From assembly GCA_963755915.1 (NCBI GenBank), contig CAVWLP010000002.1:4608001-4672000 (forward strand): a DNA stretch of 64,000 bases. Reading direction: 5' to 3'. The position numbers and the translations under genes were made by a program. Positions 52,487 to 62,217 of this stretch are shown one piece after another. Every line of letters starts with the position of its first letter. Position 1 is the stretch's first letter. The notes beneath the pieces are model-generated. The model was not told the origin of the DNA, searched no databases, and saw only the letters and a list, made by a program, of their open reading frames with translations. Source of the stretch: an uncultured Phycisphaerales bacterium (GTDB taxonomy: Bacteria > Planctomycetota > Phycisphaerae > Tepidisphaerales > Tepidisphaeraceae).

Positions 52487-53308
52487 TCACACCATCACGT
52501 TAACGCGCAAAAAAGTAGCGGTAATAATAGTGGCGTTCTTATCGGGACTCTTGTTGTGCTGCAAGAAAAGAGTCTCCAGTTCCTTTTGGAGCTCACCCGC
52601 CCGCCCGTTCTTTTCGGCGGCGTCGAAGGCGTTCATGGTTGGTCCGTAGTATTTTCGGAAGTCATCAACATACGCGACCGGATTGCTGGGAGAATTGAAC
52701 GTAAAGGTGTCACGGGCACACGAAACCCTTTCCCCGGACACTCGCGCGGCCGCGAAACGCTCCAGGACGTGGCTCTCGACGCCCCAGGTCATCGGGCTGA
52801 TGAACCCCTCAGGCGGCGGCGGAGTAAACGCGGAACTGATTTTCAAAAGTTGCGCCACCAGCGTTGGATCGTTCGGAATCCAGTTTCCCATGATGATCCG
52901 GCCTCCGGGACGGGTCACGCGCACCATTTCCCTGGCCACGTCAAACGGCTTTGGCGCAAACATCGCCCCAAAAATGCTGACGACGAGGTCAAAGGAATGA
53001 TCCTTCAGCTCGTGCAGACCGGTCGCGTCTCCCTCTTGAAACCGGCAGTTGGCCAGACCGTGCTCTTTGGCACGTTTGTTCCCAGCCGCGACGAGATTGC
53101 CGGCGATATCGACGCCCAGCACGTCGGCGCCGAGCATTGCCGCCGGCAATGCGGTCGTGCCGTCGCCGCATCCGAGATCCAGGACCTTGAGTCCTTTTGC
53201 AATGCCGATTTTTTTGACCAGCGCTTCTCCGCTGCCTCTCATGCTCTGTGCAATTCGCGTGAAGTCGCCCTTTTCCCAAAGTGCTTTGTTTGGATTCATA
53301 GTGGCCAT
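52487..53308 (-). CDS. Class I SAM methyltransferase
   Basis: 'VLDLGCGDG', 'FDLVVSIFGAMFAP', 'RVTRPGG'. Confidence 0.9.
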   Translation of the reverse strand: MATMNPNKALWEKGDFTRIAQSMRGSGEALVKKIGIAKGLKVLDLGCGDGTTALPAAMLGADVLGVDIAGNLVAAGNKRAKEHGLANCRFQEGDATGLHELKDHSFDLVVSIFGAMFAPKPFDVAREMVRVTRPGGRIIMGNWIPNDPTLVAQLLKISSAFTPPPPEGFISPMTWGVESHVLERFAAARVSGERVSCARDTFTFNSPSNPVAYVDDFRKYYGPTMNAFDAAEKNGRAGELQKELETLFLQHNKSPDKNATIITATFLRVNVMV

Positions 53309-53499
53309 ACCCTTTTAGTCGATGGATGCGCGGGGGTTGCGAAGATTGCTTCCTCGCCGTGCATATGAACCAAGCTGACCAATTCCGCTGCCGATTTTAT
53401 ATTTGGACAGGCTGGTTTGGCAACGATAATCAGGGCGGCGAGACACGAGTTGAACTCTTTTCGCCATTTTGCACCGGGATTGCGATTTCGGTCCGGCGA

Positions 53500-53910
53500 T
53501 CAAATGCCCAGAAGCTCCACGAAATGTGAAAAGGTTCCGGACACTTCTCTCCAAACGCACCCTTTAGGGCCTTCGTACCATTCGCTGGCAACGACTCGCG
53601 GATCAATTGCCTGCGTTCGGAAATCCAGCGCAATGCCAATGTCGTCGCCCGGGACGCGATTAACTGCGACCAGAATGGCCAAGTCGGCGTCTAACCAAGG
53701 CAACTCAATTGCCTCGGAACACTTGGATGATCGCTTTGCGTAAAAAAATTGCGCCCATCGGGGGTCATCGGCAAGCTTAACCAATCCGTTGGTTTCTCGG
53801 GTGATTGAGTCGACCCGACTTAGAAAGTCGACCGGTTCGCGCAAAAAAGGAATCAACTGAGCGAGAACACTGTCTCCAGGGTGCCGCCATCGGTGGTTTT
53901 GGATAATCTG
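53500..53910 (-). pseudogene. SMI1/KNR4-like immunity-type protein, probably 5'-truncated
   Basis: 'IALDFR...PRVV..EW...WREVSGTFSHFVELL' resembles the SUKH C-terminus; no clean start. Confidence 0.45.
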
Positions 53911-54256
53911 AGATCGTCTCCTCAATCAGCTTGTCCACGGTTAACTCCTTACGCTGTGAAAGCTCCCAGAGGGTGAATTTGTGTTGCTTTCCCTTCGTCG
54001 CCATTGATTCGCCGATAGCGTTCAATGTCTTTTCGTCCGAAGCTCTAAGGCCAATCCTTCCAACCGTTCTCAGAAAATCTTCGAGCATGGCATGAAGAAA
54101 GACCACTGCCGACCTGAGTATGTCGGAAGTTGCGTGTGGCGACGCGTCGGGTGGAAGGCTTTCTTTCTTCATTGACGCCGCAAGCTGGATCAATGAGATT
54201 GCTCGATCCCAATTCGCAAGAAATCTCATCGCCATGTTGTCAGTTCCATCAGGCAT
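53900..54256 (-). pseudogene. HEPN-like protein N-terminal fragment
   Basis: 'DILRSAVVFLHAMLEDFLR' HEPN-type helix; runs into the next fragment with no RxxxxH motif. Confidence 0.5.
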
Positions 54257-54320
54257 TGGTCCCTCAGAATTAAATGCGTGGATGACTTCGAATTCTCAGC
54301 CTTAAAGCCGATTTAGACTT

Positions 54321-54464
54321 ATGAAGATCATTCAAGTCCAAAACAAAGATATCTTACTCGACGAAAGCGATCACCATTACATTTCTCAGCTTCCATGGTG
54401 GTTCACCGCCGCTTCTACCAGTAGCTGTAGGCGCGTGGTCATTTCGTATTCAAATGAAGTCTAA
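54321..54464 (+). pseudogene. 47-aa fragment resembling the N-terminus of phage HNH/AP2 endonucleases
   Basis: MKIIQVQNKDILLDESDHHYISQLPW is similar to the 'ALVDDEDY..LS...W' pattern; AT-rich. Confidence 0.3.
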
Positions 54465-54566
54465 TAATGCCATAGTCTTTTAAAAAAATTTGCCCAGCTT
54501 ACCTATCCATCCCAGCTTGTTGCGGACTGTTACCTTTTGTACCGCACGCCCCAAAACCAAAAAACG

Positions 54567-55967
54567 CTATCCCCCCGCCTTCTCGAAATATCGGCTGGCG
54601 AAAGTAATGAAAGTCGGCCAGCTATACATATCCGAATGCCCCCCATCGTGTTGCTGAAACGCCAGATCCCCATCGATAAGCGGCGTGCCGAGCTTCGGCA
54701 ACTCGCTGACGCCGACGTCCTTCTTGCCCAGCAATTCATAAACCGGCCCCGCCGCCGCGGCCGCCATGAACATCCCCTTCGCATCGACCCACCCGTCCCC
54801 TTTCGGCGCCGTTCCCCCCGTGATCAGCACCGGCCGCGGGGCGCACAGGGCAATCAGTTCATGCGAGTCGACCGGCAGGTCGTTCCAGTGGCCGGCGTAT
54901 TTGATGAAGTTGCCGGCCATCCAGTGATATTCACCCGACCCAGTCAGATTTTCGACGAGTTCACCCCAGTACCGCCGATTGAGCTTTGCCCCCCCTTCCC
55001 CGGATGAACTGACGTAAGCGATGGCGAACCGCTGGTCATATGCCATCGTGACGAGCGCCGCCTTTCCCCATCGCGAATGCCCTTCGACACCAACGCGGGT
55101 CGCGTCAACTGCCGGATCCGTCTGGAAATAATCCAGCGCCCGGCTCGCCCCCCACGCCCAGGCTTTAAGCACGCCCCAATCATCGACGGCGCGGGGCTGC
55201 CCCTTGTTGCACAGGCCAATGATTCCCTGCGTAAGTCCCGCCCCATTATCAGCCTGAACGCTGGTGGTGTTGAGCACGGCATATCCCCATCCCTTGGCGA
55301 GCACCTGCTGCTGCCAGGTCGGACCGGGAAAGAAAAAGGGATTGGGACGAGTCGATGCAGCCAGGCCACCCGGGCGAGTCGATGGCCGTGCGCCGAAGCG
55401 CCCGAATCTTCCGCCGATGAAGGGGTAGCCGAGGAGTTGGAGCATCACCGGCACCGGGGCTTTCGCATTCGCGGGAGTTGAGAGCGTCAATCCGATGGTG
55501 ACGGTAATGTCGGGGTAGAAGGAATTATCGACATGACCCGCGAGGCGCTTGGTGATGACCTTGCCGTCGTTGGTCTGGCTGATAATTTCCCATCTGACAG
55601 ACGGCGTAATCTTTGGATCGCAGCCGTAGACCTCGCGATCGAAAAGCTCAACGATTTCCGGCCGGCGGAGGGACCACCACATTTCCGGCGTGCTGACCTT
55701 TTCGCCATTGTTCAGGATGAGCGGGTCCGGGAGCGTCGGATAGGGGTTGGCCTTGGATTCATCGTAGTTCGGGTGATTGCCATCCGCGCCGGGCGGGATG
55801 GAGGTGATGTGAAGAAGGTCCATGAGGTGCTTGTGGTCCTGCTCGGTGCTAAGATGAACGGGGGGTGGATCGGAGGACTGCGTAGCAGGCCCGTCGGCAA
55901 GGGCGAGGGATTTCAAAGAAAGAATTAAGATTCCCACCAGGATGCTGGCCAAGTGGTCGAAGTGCAT
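54567..55967 (-). CDS. CE15 glucuronoyl-esterase-like protein
   Basis: Signal peptide; 'NYDESKA', 'LPDPL', 'AWAWGASRALDY', 'GHSRWGK', 'SSGEGG', 'HELIALCAPRP'. Confidence 0.9.
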   Translation of the reverse strand: MHFDHLASILVGILILSLKSLALADGPATQSSDPPPVHLSTEQDHKHLMDLLHITSIPPGADGNHPNYDESKANPYPTLPDPLILNNGEKVSTPEMWWSLRRPEIVELFDREVYGCDPKITPSVRWEIISQTNDGKVITKRLAGHVDNSFYPDITVTIGLTLSTPANAKAPVPVMLQLLGYPFIGGRFGRFGARPSTRPGGLAASTRPNPFFFPGPTWQQQVLAKGWGYAVLNTTSVQADNGAGLTQGIIGLCNKGQPRAVDDWGVLKAWAWGASRALDYFQTDPAVDATRVGVEGHSRWGKAALVTMAYDQRFAIAYVSSSGEGGAKLNRRYWGELVENLTGSGEYHWMAGNFIKYAGHWNDLPVDSHELIALCAPRPVLITGGTAPKGDGWVDAKGMFMAAAAAGPVYELLGKKDVGVSELPKLGTPLIDGDLAFQQHDGGHSDMYSWPTFITFASRYFEKAGG

Positions 55968-56129
55968 CAGACTCCTCCGCAGGGGTGGCAGATAAAATAG
56001 CCGATTTGTGGTTTTAAGCAACCGTTTACCTAACGTCAAAATCGCGGTGGCTCTAGATATTCGGGCCCAATGTCCGATAATGAGGGCGGAAATGCGCGGC
56101 AGGGAGGCCGCTGATTTTCGAGTGACGTA

Positions 56130-57255
56130 TTGGATCAATCTGAGGTGGATGCGCTCCTGGCTGCCGTGGATACGGGAGCCGTGGCCACGAAAGAAGCGCT
56201 CCCAACCGTCTTCGGTGCCAAGGGGAAAACCCAACTGGAAGTGCAGGTCTATGACTTCAAGCGCCCCGAGCGCGTCAGCAAAGATCAGATGCGCGCCCTT
56301 GAGGCTCTGCACGAAGGGTTCGGGCGAAACTTTGGGGCGGCCATTTCCGGGTATCTGCGGACGATTATCGAAGTCAACGTCGCGAATATCGAGCAGCTCA
56401 CTTACAGCGAGTTTATCCATACGCTGCCCAATCCGACCTGTTTTAATCTGCTCAAGGCGGAGCAGCTCGATGGGCAGCTTTGCCTGGAGATCAGCCCGCT
56501 GATTATTTATCCGATTATCGATCGGCTCCTGGGCGGGAGCAACGCCGAGCTTTTCATTCCGCAGCGGCCGCTGACGCAGATCGAGCAGCGGCTGGTGCAG
56601 AGGATAACGGATCGGGCGACGCATCATTTGTCGGAGGCCTGGACCAATCTCACGCCGGTAACTTTTCGCGTGGAGGATTTTGAGAGCAATCCGCAGTTGG
56701 TGCAGATCGTTCCGCCGAACGAGACGGTGGTGGTGGTGGGATTTGAGCTGAAGATGGGCAGCCGGGCAGGGACAATGGCGCTGTGCATTCCGTACAACGT
56801 GATTGAGCCGATCATGTCGATGCTGGCGACGCAGAACTGGTTCAGCTACCAGCGGAAGGGATCGCAGGATGATCATCTTCGCCGGCTGACGCGGAACGTG
56901 AGCACGGCGCCAGTGGAAATGCGGGTTTTCCTGGCACAAACGTCGATTCGGCTGAATGATCTGATGAACCTCCAAGTGGGGGATTTGATCACGACGGATA
57001 AAAAATCGCACGAGGATGCGGCGATCCAGGTTGAGGGGAAAATGAAATTTGCGGCGCAGGCCGGGCAATATCGAGGCAAGCGGGCGATTCGGCTGACGCG
57101 AATAATCCGGGAGGCGGAGGATTCATCCGCGACAGATAAAACGGAAGGCGCTCGACTTAGCGCCGCTGGTGCCGCCAGCGCAAGCGGCGGCGGCGCAAGC
57201 CCCAACACCTCCTGCTGCGCCTGCGGCTGGGACGCCGAAGGGCGGGGCGAAGTGA
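56130..57255 (+). CDS. fliM: Flagellar motor switch protein FliM (frameshift ~57150)
   Basis: 'DQSEVDALL', 'YDFKRPERVSKDQMR', 'LTQIE', 'ESNPQLVQIV'; Pro/Ala tail in the alternate frame ends at TGA 57253-57255. Confidence 0.93.
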
Positions 57256-58001
57256 GCCAGGCGGCGCCAGCATCAAACCCGACCCTGGATTCGGCGGGGA
57301 AATGGCTTTCGAATTATCTGAAGCAGTCGGAGTTGCCGCTGCACAGCCTGGCGTTTCTTCTGCCGGCGATGGTGCTGTTTGAAGTGGGGATCAGTTTCAA
57401 TGGGACTGATCCAATTGCATTTCGGATGATGCAGATTTTTTTCCAGCAACTGGGCGCCACCGGGCGGTTCGTGCCGGTACTCTCGGTGGTGGGGATTCTG
57501 CTCACCTGGCATATCAGTCGCAAGGATCCGTGGGTCATCAAAATGGAAACGCTGTGGGGGATGCTGCTGGAGAGCATGATGCTGGCAGTGCCGCTGCTGG
57601 CGCTGGGGATTGCGGTAGCGCGCTGGCACGTTCACACGCCATTGTCAGCGCGGTCGATGCAGTGGAGCGACAACGCGGTGCTGGCGCTGGGGGCAGGCGT
57701 GTATGAGGAATTCGTTTTTCGCCTGGGGCTGATGACCTTGATTTCGATACTGGCGGCGGATGTGTTAAAGATGCGTAAACCTGCTGCGAACCTACTAATG
57801 GTGTTAATCTCGGCAATCTTGTTCTCTCTCTACCATTACTTGGGAACGGAGAGCTTTCAGATGCAAAGCTTTGTGTTTCGAACAGGGGCTGGTCTGTATT
57901 TTGCGATATTGTTTCTGACCCGCGGATTTGGTGTAACAGCAGGCTGTCACATAGCTTATGATATAACCATCATCACGCTACAGGCATTTGCCCCACATTA
58001 A
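57252..58001 (+). CDS. CPBP/Abi family intramembrane glutamic protease
   Basis: GTG start overlapping the fliM stop (GTGA); 'GVYEEFVFR', 'FSLYH', 'H..YD'. Confidence 0.85.
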   Translation: MSQAAPASNPTLDSAGKWLSNYLKQSELPLHSLAFLLPAMVLFEVGISFNGTDPIAFRMMQIFFQQLGATGRFVPVLSVVGILLTWHISRKDPWVIKMETLWGMLLESMMLAVPLLALGIAVARWHVHTPLSARSMQWSDNAVLALGAGVYEEFVFRLGLMTLISILAADVLKMRKPAANLLMVLISAILFSLYHYLGTESFQMQSFVFRTGAGLYFAILFLTRGFGVTAGCHIAYDITIITLQAFAPH

Positions 58002-58285
58002 CATCTAAATATTCTCTTACGTTGGGGCCAAAACTGTCTATAATGATCGGCGATTTAGAGGCTGGCATCCGTTTGTGACTGGTTGCCGGCGCCTAAATCG
58101 ATCCGCCCGATGTGGGCGGATCATGCCACGTATGGCGGATCAGAAAGGCTGGCAGGACGCCAAAGGCTTTTCGTGAAACTCTCGCCTATGGCGAGCATGT
58201 CTATCCGCACAGGTGTAAGGCCCAGACAGTTTGGACTTCGTTCCTTCTGTCACAATGTGAAGGGGTTTCCCTTCTAGAAAGAAGC

Positions 58286-58846
58286 ATGGACGCTATGAGC
58301 AACCGAACCAAGCAACGTCGAATGGGTGGACTCACCCTACTTCTTTACCAGCGCACCCTGCATCCGGAACTGTTCAAGATTCTGGCTTCGGAAAAGGTCA
58401 ACCGCCGCGCCTATGAAGCGGATATCTGGTTGGTTGAAGGGGGTCATGTCATTAGCCTGACGGCTGACAAGAACACACTCACCGAAGTCATTGTCAACAA
58501 GAGCGAGCCGATGACCGACCGGAGTCTTCTTCTTTCCACCCCCTGCCGGGGCGAGAAATATCACGAAGACACCTACGGCAACATCCGCTACATGATCAGC
58601 ACCCAGGAAGAGCAACTGACGCAGACCCTGTACGATGCGACGAAGCACGAGATTTCCAGCTACGCCGCGAAGCGCGAGCTGATGACGGCCGATGTGCCGC
58701 CCCGCCAGGAGACTGGTGGCTCGCTCAGCGTGCTCGACATTGAGCGCCGCAGCCACGAGCTGCTGGTCCAGAGCTTCCACCTCTTCGATGAGAACCAGAT
58801 GGTCATCAAGACCCAGGCGATCATCGAAGTGGTAAAGTCGGCATAG
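58286..58846 (+). CDS. DUF2617-like conserved protein
   Basis: 'LYQRTLHPELF', 'GHVI', 'QSFHLF...IKTQ'. Confidence 0.6.
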   Translation: MDAMSNRTKQRRMGGLTLLLYQRTLHPELFKILASEKVNRRAYEADIWLVEGGHVISLTADKNTLTEVIVNKSEPMTDRSLLLSTPCRGEKYHEDTYGNIRYMISTQEEQLTQTLYDATKHEISSYAAKRELMTADVPPRQETGGSLSVLDIERRSHELLVQSFHLFDENQMVIKTQAIIEVVKSA

Positions 58847-58872
58847 ACTGCGCAGAACCAAACAGAACGCCC

Positions 58873-58901
58873 AAGCCCAGGCCCTAAAGCCTGGGTTTTT
58901 T
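58873..58901 (+). terminator. Rho-independent terminator
   Basis: AAGCCCAGG-CCCTAAAG-CCTGGGTTTTTT. Confidence 0.75.
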
Positions 58902-58994
58902 CATCTAATTGCTGGGACAAATTCTTGTAGCATTCTAAGATTTACAGGTTATAGAGTTTAGCAGCGCGTAGGGTTCAATTCGGGAGACACGTTC

Positions 58995-59264
58995 ATGGGG
59001 ATGGTTACGGTTGAAGTCTGGGACGCCACTGGCAACAAACGGCAGAAGGTTGAGATGCCGGATGATGTGCCGGTGAACCGTTTATTGGCGGTGCTGCTGG
59101 AGAAGATGAAATTTCCACAGTTCGCGCCGGACGGGCAGCCGTTGAGTTACAAATTCCATCACCGCGCTTCCGGGAAGCAATTGCTCGACGAGCAAACGCT
59201 GGCGCAGGTGGGCGTGAAGGAGGGGGATGTTTTGCGGCTTCAGCCGGAGATCACCGCGGGATGA
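58995..59264 (+). CDS. EsaB/YukD-type ubiquitin-like protein
   Basis: 89 aa beta-grasp pattern 'L.DEQTLAQVGVKEGDVLRL', C-terminus ITAG; GGAG RBS. Confidence 0.85.
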   Translation: MGMVTVEVWDATGNKRQKVEMPDDVPVNRLLAVLLEKMKFPQFAPDGQPLSYKFHHRASGKQLLDEQTLAQVGVKEGDVLRLQPEITAG

Positions 59265-59309
59265 GAAGTTTCGGGGAGAAGCTGGCGAAGCAGTTCGGGC
59301 GATAGATCA

Positions 59310-60639
59310 ATGGAAGATGAGAAAATTCAGATTTCGTGGAACGACCTGAAGACGGCCAAGGTCGAGAAGCACGTCCGGCAGCAGCAGGCGCTGGGCCGGA
59401 ACCGCAAATATGCGCAGATGACGGCGGAGGATCTGCCCGATGCGCAGAAGTCATCCGGTTCGCTTTGGTACAACCCGATTTTTTTGCTGGCGGTATTTGG
59501 GTTCGTGGGTGGGATGCTGGCCTGGGGCGGCAGTGCGCTGCTGCACCTGTGCCGGATCGGCAGCGCGACGCCGACGAGGCAATGGCTTCGATTCAGGATA
59601 TCCGGCAACTGGTGCGGACAACGCCCAATGGGCAGGGCATCACCCAGGCCCAGGCGGATGCCGCGATCGGGATGATCGTCGCCAACGCGGGCGACAATAC
59701 CTATTTGAAGATTGAGCTTCAGCCGGAGTTTACTCCGCAGGAGAAGCAGGAGCGAATCGCCGCGCTTCAGCATGATGATTACTGGAAGAACCTGATCACC
59801 CACATCATCAGCTTTGGCCTGTGCGGGATTTTCATTTCGATCAGTTTGAGCGCGGCTGAGCCCATCATCGACCGTAACCAGCATGCGGCGGTGATTAACG
59901 GATCGGTTGGGGCGGCGCTGGGGCTTGCGGGAGGCCTGGCGGCGTCGCTGCTGGTGGACCGGATTTACAGCCTGATCGGCGGGGCAGATCATGGTTTGCT
60001 GCGGGAATATCTGGGACAAACGCTGAGCTGGTGCGTGCTGGGGTGTTTTCTTTCGCTCGCCCCAGGCGTGATAGCGATGAATCGGAAACGCCTGGTGATC
60101 GGTTTGGCCGGAGGTGCGTTGGGCGGTGCGCTGGGAGGAATGCTGATGGTTCCGCTGACCCAGATTTCGCAGAGCCCGGAATTCGCACGGCTGGCTGCTC
60201 TGTGCTGCATCGGCGCTGTGAGCGGGGCTGCGACCGGACTTCTCGAGCAGGCGGCGCGGACCGGGTGGCTGAAAGTAGTGGCGGGTGTGATCGCAGGCAA
60301 ACAGTTTATCCTTTATCGAAATCCCACGTTTATCGGCTCGCGCCCGACTGTCAGATTTATCTCTTCCGCGATCCCGCGGTGGGACGACGCCATGCGACGA
60401 TTCATCTGCTGAAAGGGAGAATTGAGATCGAGGACCTTCCGCTGGGGGGGCAGACGACGATCAATGGGAAGCCGATCACGAGAAGCCGGCTTCAGCATGG
60501 CGATCAGATCGGCATCGGTGGGACGACTTTTCTGTATCAGGAGAAATCGCGGCAGACGAGCAACGGCGCGAAACCACGGCCGCCGTCGAAGGCCGGCCAA
60601 CTGCTTGAAAAGGTTCGGGCGAGCCTAGGGGGGGAATGA
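59310..60639 (+). CDS. Gly-rich multi-TM protein with C-terminal FHA domain (frameshifts ~59545, ~60340)
   Basis: Glycine-zipper TMs; FHA 'TFIGS..C.I...D..V.RRHA.I...IEDL....TTING...L..GDQI.IG.T.F.Y'. Confidence 0.8.
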
Positions 60640-60725
60640 GAAAGGGGTGACGCCGCGTAAACGCGGCCGCTAAACAACGCGGGGGTTCACGCGGCGTCCG
60701 GAGAGTGCTGGATTACGGGTTCCGG

Positions 60726-60944
60726 CTATTGTCCATTGGCGCCGGGCTTGTCCGTAGTCGTCGTCTTGTCGGTAATCGTGTTACCGTTGGAGTCCTGCTT
60801 TACCGTGGTATCCGTGGATTTCACGGTTCCATTCGGCTCGGTTTGCTGGGAATCCTCGTGTGACACGGTGCGGTCGCAACCGAACATCACCGGCATCGCA
60901 GTCAGGGAAAAAAGCACTGCGGCAGTACTCAGATAGCGCATCAT
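60726..60944 (-). CDS. Small Thr-rich lipoprotein
   Basis: AAGGAG RBS; signal peptide ending FGC. Confidence 0.7.
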   Translation of the reverse strand: MMRYLSTAAVLFSLTAMPVMFGCDRTVSHEDSQQTEPNGTVKSTDTTVKQDSNGNTITDKTTTTDKPGANGQ

Positions 60945-61091
60945 AGTTGGCTCCTTTGAAAGAGTATTCAAACATCAGGGCAGGGAGCAAAGGGCAGGCC
61001 GATGAAAGAAAATGCGGGGGATGTTATGCTGGGAAACTGAGATTTCTGCGGTAATGGCAAGCAGGGTCAATAATGAGGTGGAAAAACAAAT

Positions 61092-61448
61092 ATGGACGCG
61101 ACACAAATTCCGGGCACGACAATCAGCTACGACGATTTTGCCAAGCTCGACCTTCGGGTGGCCACGATCTTGGAATGCAAGGCCCATCCTAATGCGGATA
61201 AGCTGCTTGTATTGCAAATTGATATCGGCAGCGAAAAGCGGCAGATTTGCGCCGGCCTGAAGCAGCAGGTGGCCGATCCGCAGTCGCTGGTCGGCAAGCA
61301 GATCGTGGTGGTGGCGAACCTGGGGCCGCGCCAGATGCGCGGCGAGATCAGCCAGGGAATGCTGCTGGCGGCTACGGATAGCGCGGCGAACCGGGTAATC
61401 GTGGTTGTGCCGTCTGAAAATGTTCCGGCGGGGTCTAAGGTGAGTTAG
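61092..61448 (+). CDS. Stand-alone tRNA-binding OB-fold protein (MetG C-terminal/Trbp111-like)
   Basis: 'ISYDDFAKLDLRV', 'HPNADKLL', 'NL.PR.MRG..SQGMLLAA'. Confidence 0.92.
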   Translation: MDATQIPGTTISYDDFAKLDLRVATILECKAHPNADKLLVLQIDIGSEKRQICAGLKQQVADPQSLVGKQIVVVANLGPRQMRGEISQGMLLAATDSAANRVIVVVPSENVPAGSKVS

Positions 61449-61461
61449 GACGGGCTAGCCT

Positions 61462-62217
61462 TCAAGATGGCGTTAGCGCCCGCATTTTTTTAACGCATTT
61501 GGTCAGGGCGGGAACGGGATTCTCGGGGTCGGCTTCGTATTCGATGACCGCCATTCCGTCGAATTTGGTTTCTTCGAGTGCCGCGACGAAAGCGGGGAGG
61601 TCGAGGTTGCCGGTGCCGACGACGACGTCTTTCCACTGCGCCCGGCGGTCGAAGACAAAATCCTTGTAATGCACGCCGAAGATTTTGCCTTTGAATTTTT
61701 CGCGAACCCATTTGATTGGATCGCCATTAGGTCCGATCTGCATGCACCAGGCAGTGTCGAGGTTGATGCCAATGTGGCGGCCGCCGAGTTTGGTGAGGAC
61801 TTCGAGCACATCCGGCGAGCCGCCGAACATGTACCCGCCGTGGCAGTGGATGCCGATGCGAATGCCAAATTCTTCGCACAGCCGCGCGGCTTTAGGGACC
61901 GCGTCCTGAAACGTGCCGACAGTGAAGTGTGCGGAGATGTGTTTTGCCCCGGCCGCTTTCGCGCACTGGAACCATTTCTTCTCCCGGCTCGCGTCGCCGA
62001 CGAACGCCTGCACGCCGATGGACACCACTTCGACCCCGGCCTTCTGGTATATCTCCAGCTCGCGTTTGAAGCTGTCGACGTTGTCGAAATCGACATGCAC
62101 GGCGCAGAGCTCGATCTTGGACAGGCCGATTTTCCTGGTTAGCGCGGCAACCTTCGCGTTGTCCTTGAAGTTGCGAAAACAGTAGCTTTGCACCCCGAAA
62201 TCACGTGCCGCGGACAT
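61462..62217 (-). CDS. Sugar phosphate isomerase/epimerase (TIM barrel)
   Basis: 'GVQSYCFR', 'NLDTAW', 'VHYKD', 'GTGNLD', 'IEYE'. Confidence 0.85.
   Translation of the reverse strand: MSAARDFGVQSYCFRNFKDNAKVAALTRKIGLSKIELCAVHVDFDNVDSFKRELEIYQKAGVEVVSIGVQAFVGDASREKKWFQCAKAAGAKHISAHFTVGTFQDAVPKAARLCEEFGIRIGIHCHGGYMFGGSPDVLEVLTKLGGRHIGINLDTAWCMQIGPNGDPIKWVREKFKGKIFGVHYKDFVFDRRAQWKDVVVGTGNLDLPAFVAALEETKFDGMAVIEYEADPENPVPALTKCVKKMRALTPS

Noticed and set aside
56130-58001. 623-aa FliM-CPBP protease fusion in the ORF track
   Set aside because: An alternate frame gives a natural Pro/Ala tail ending at TGA 57253-57255 that overlaps a GTG start, so the fusion is probably an indel artefact.
58130-58175. 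c-di-GMP-I riboswitch-like words (GAAA...GGACGC.AAAG)
   Set aside because: The required GGCAAAC stem and downstream P3 order could not be built.
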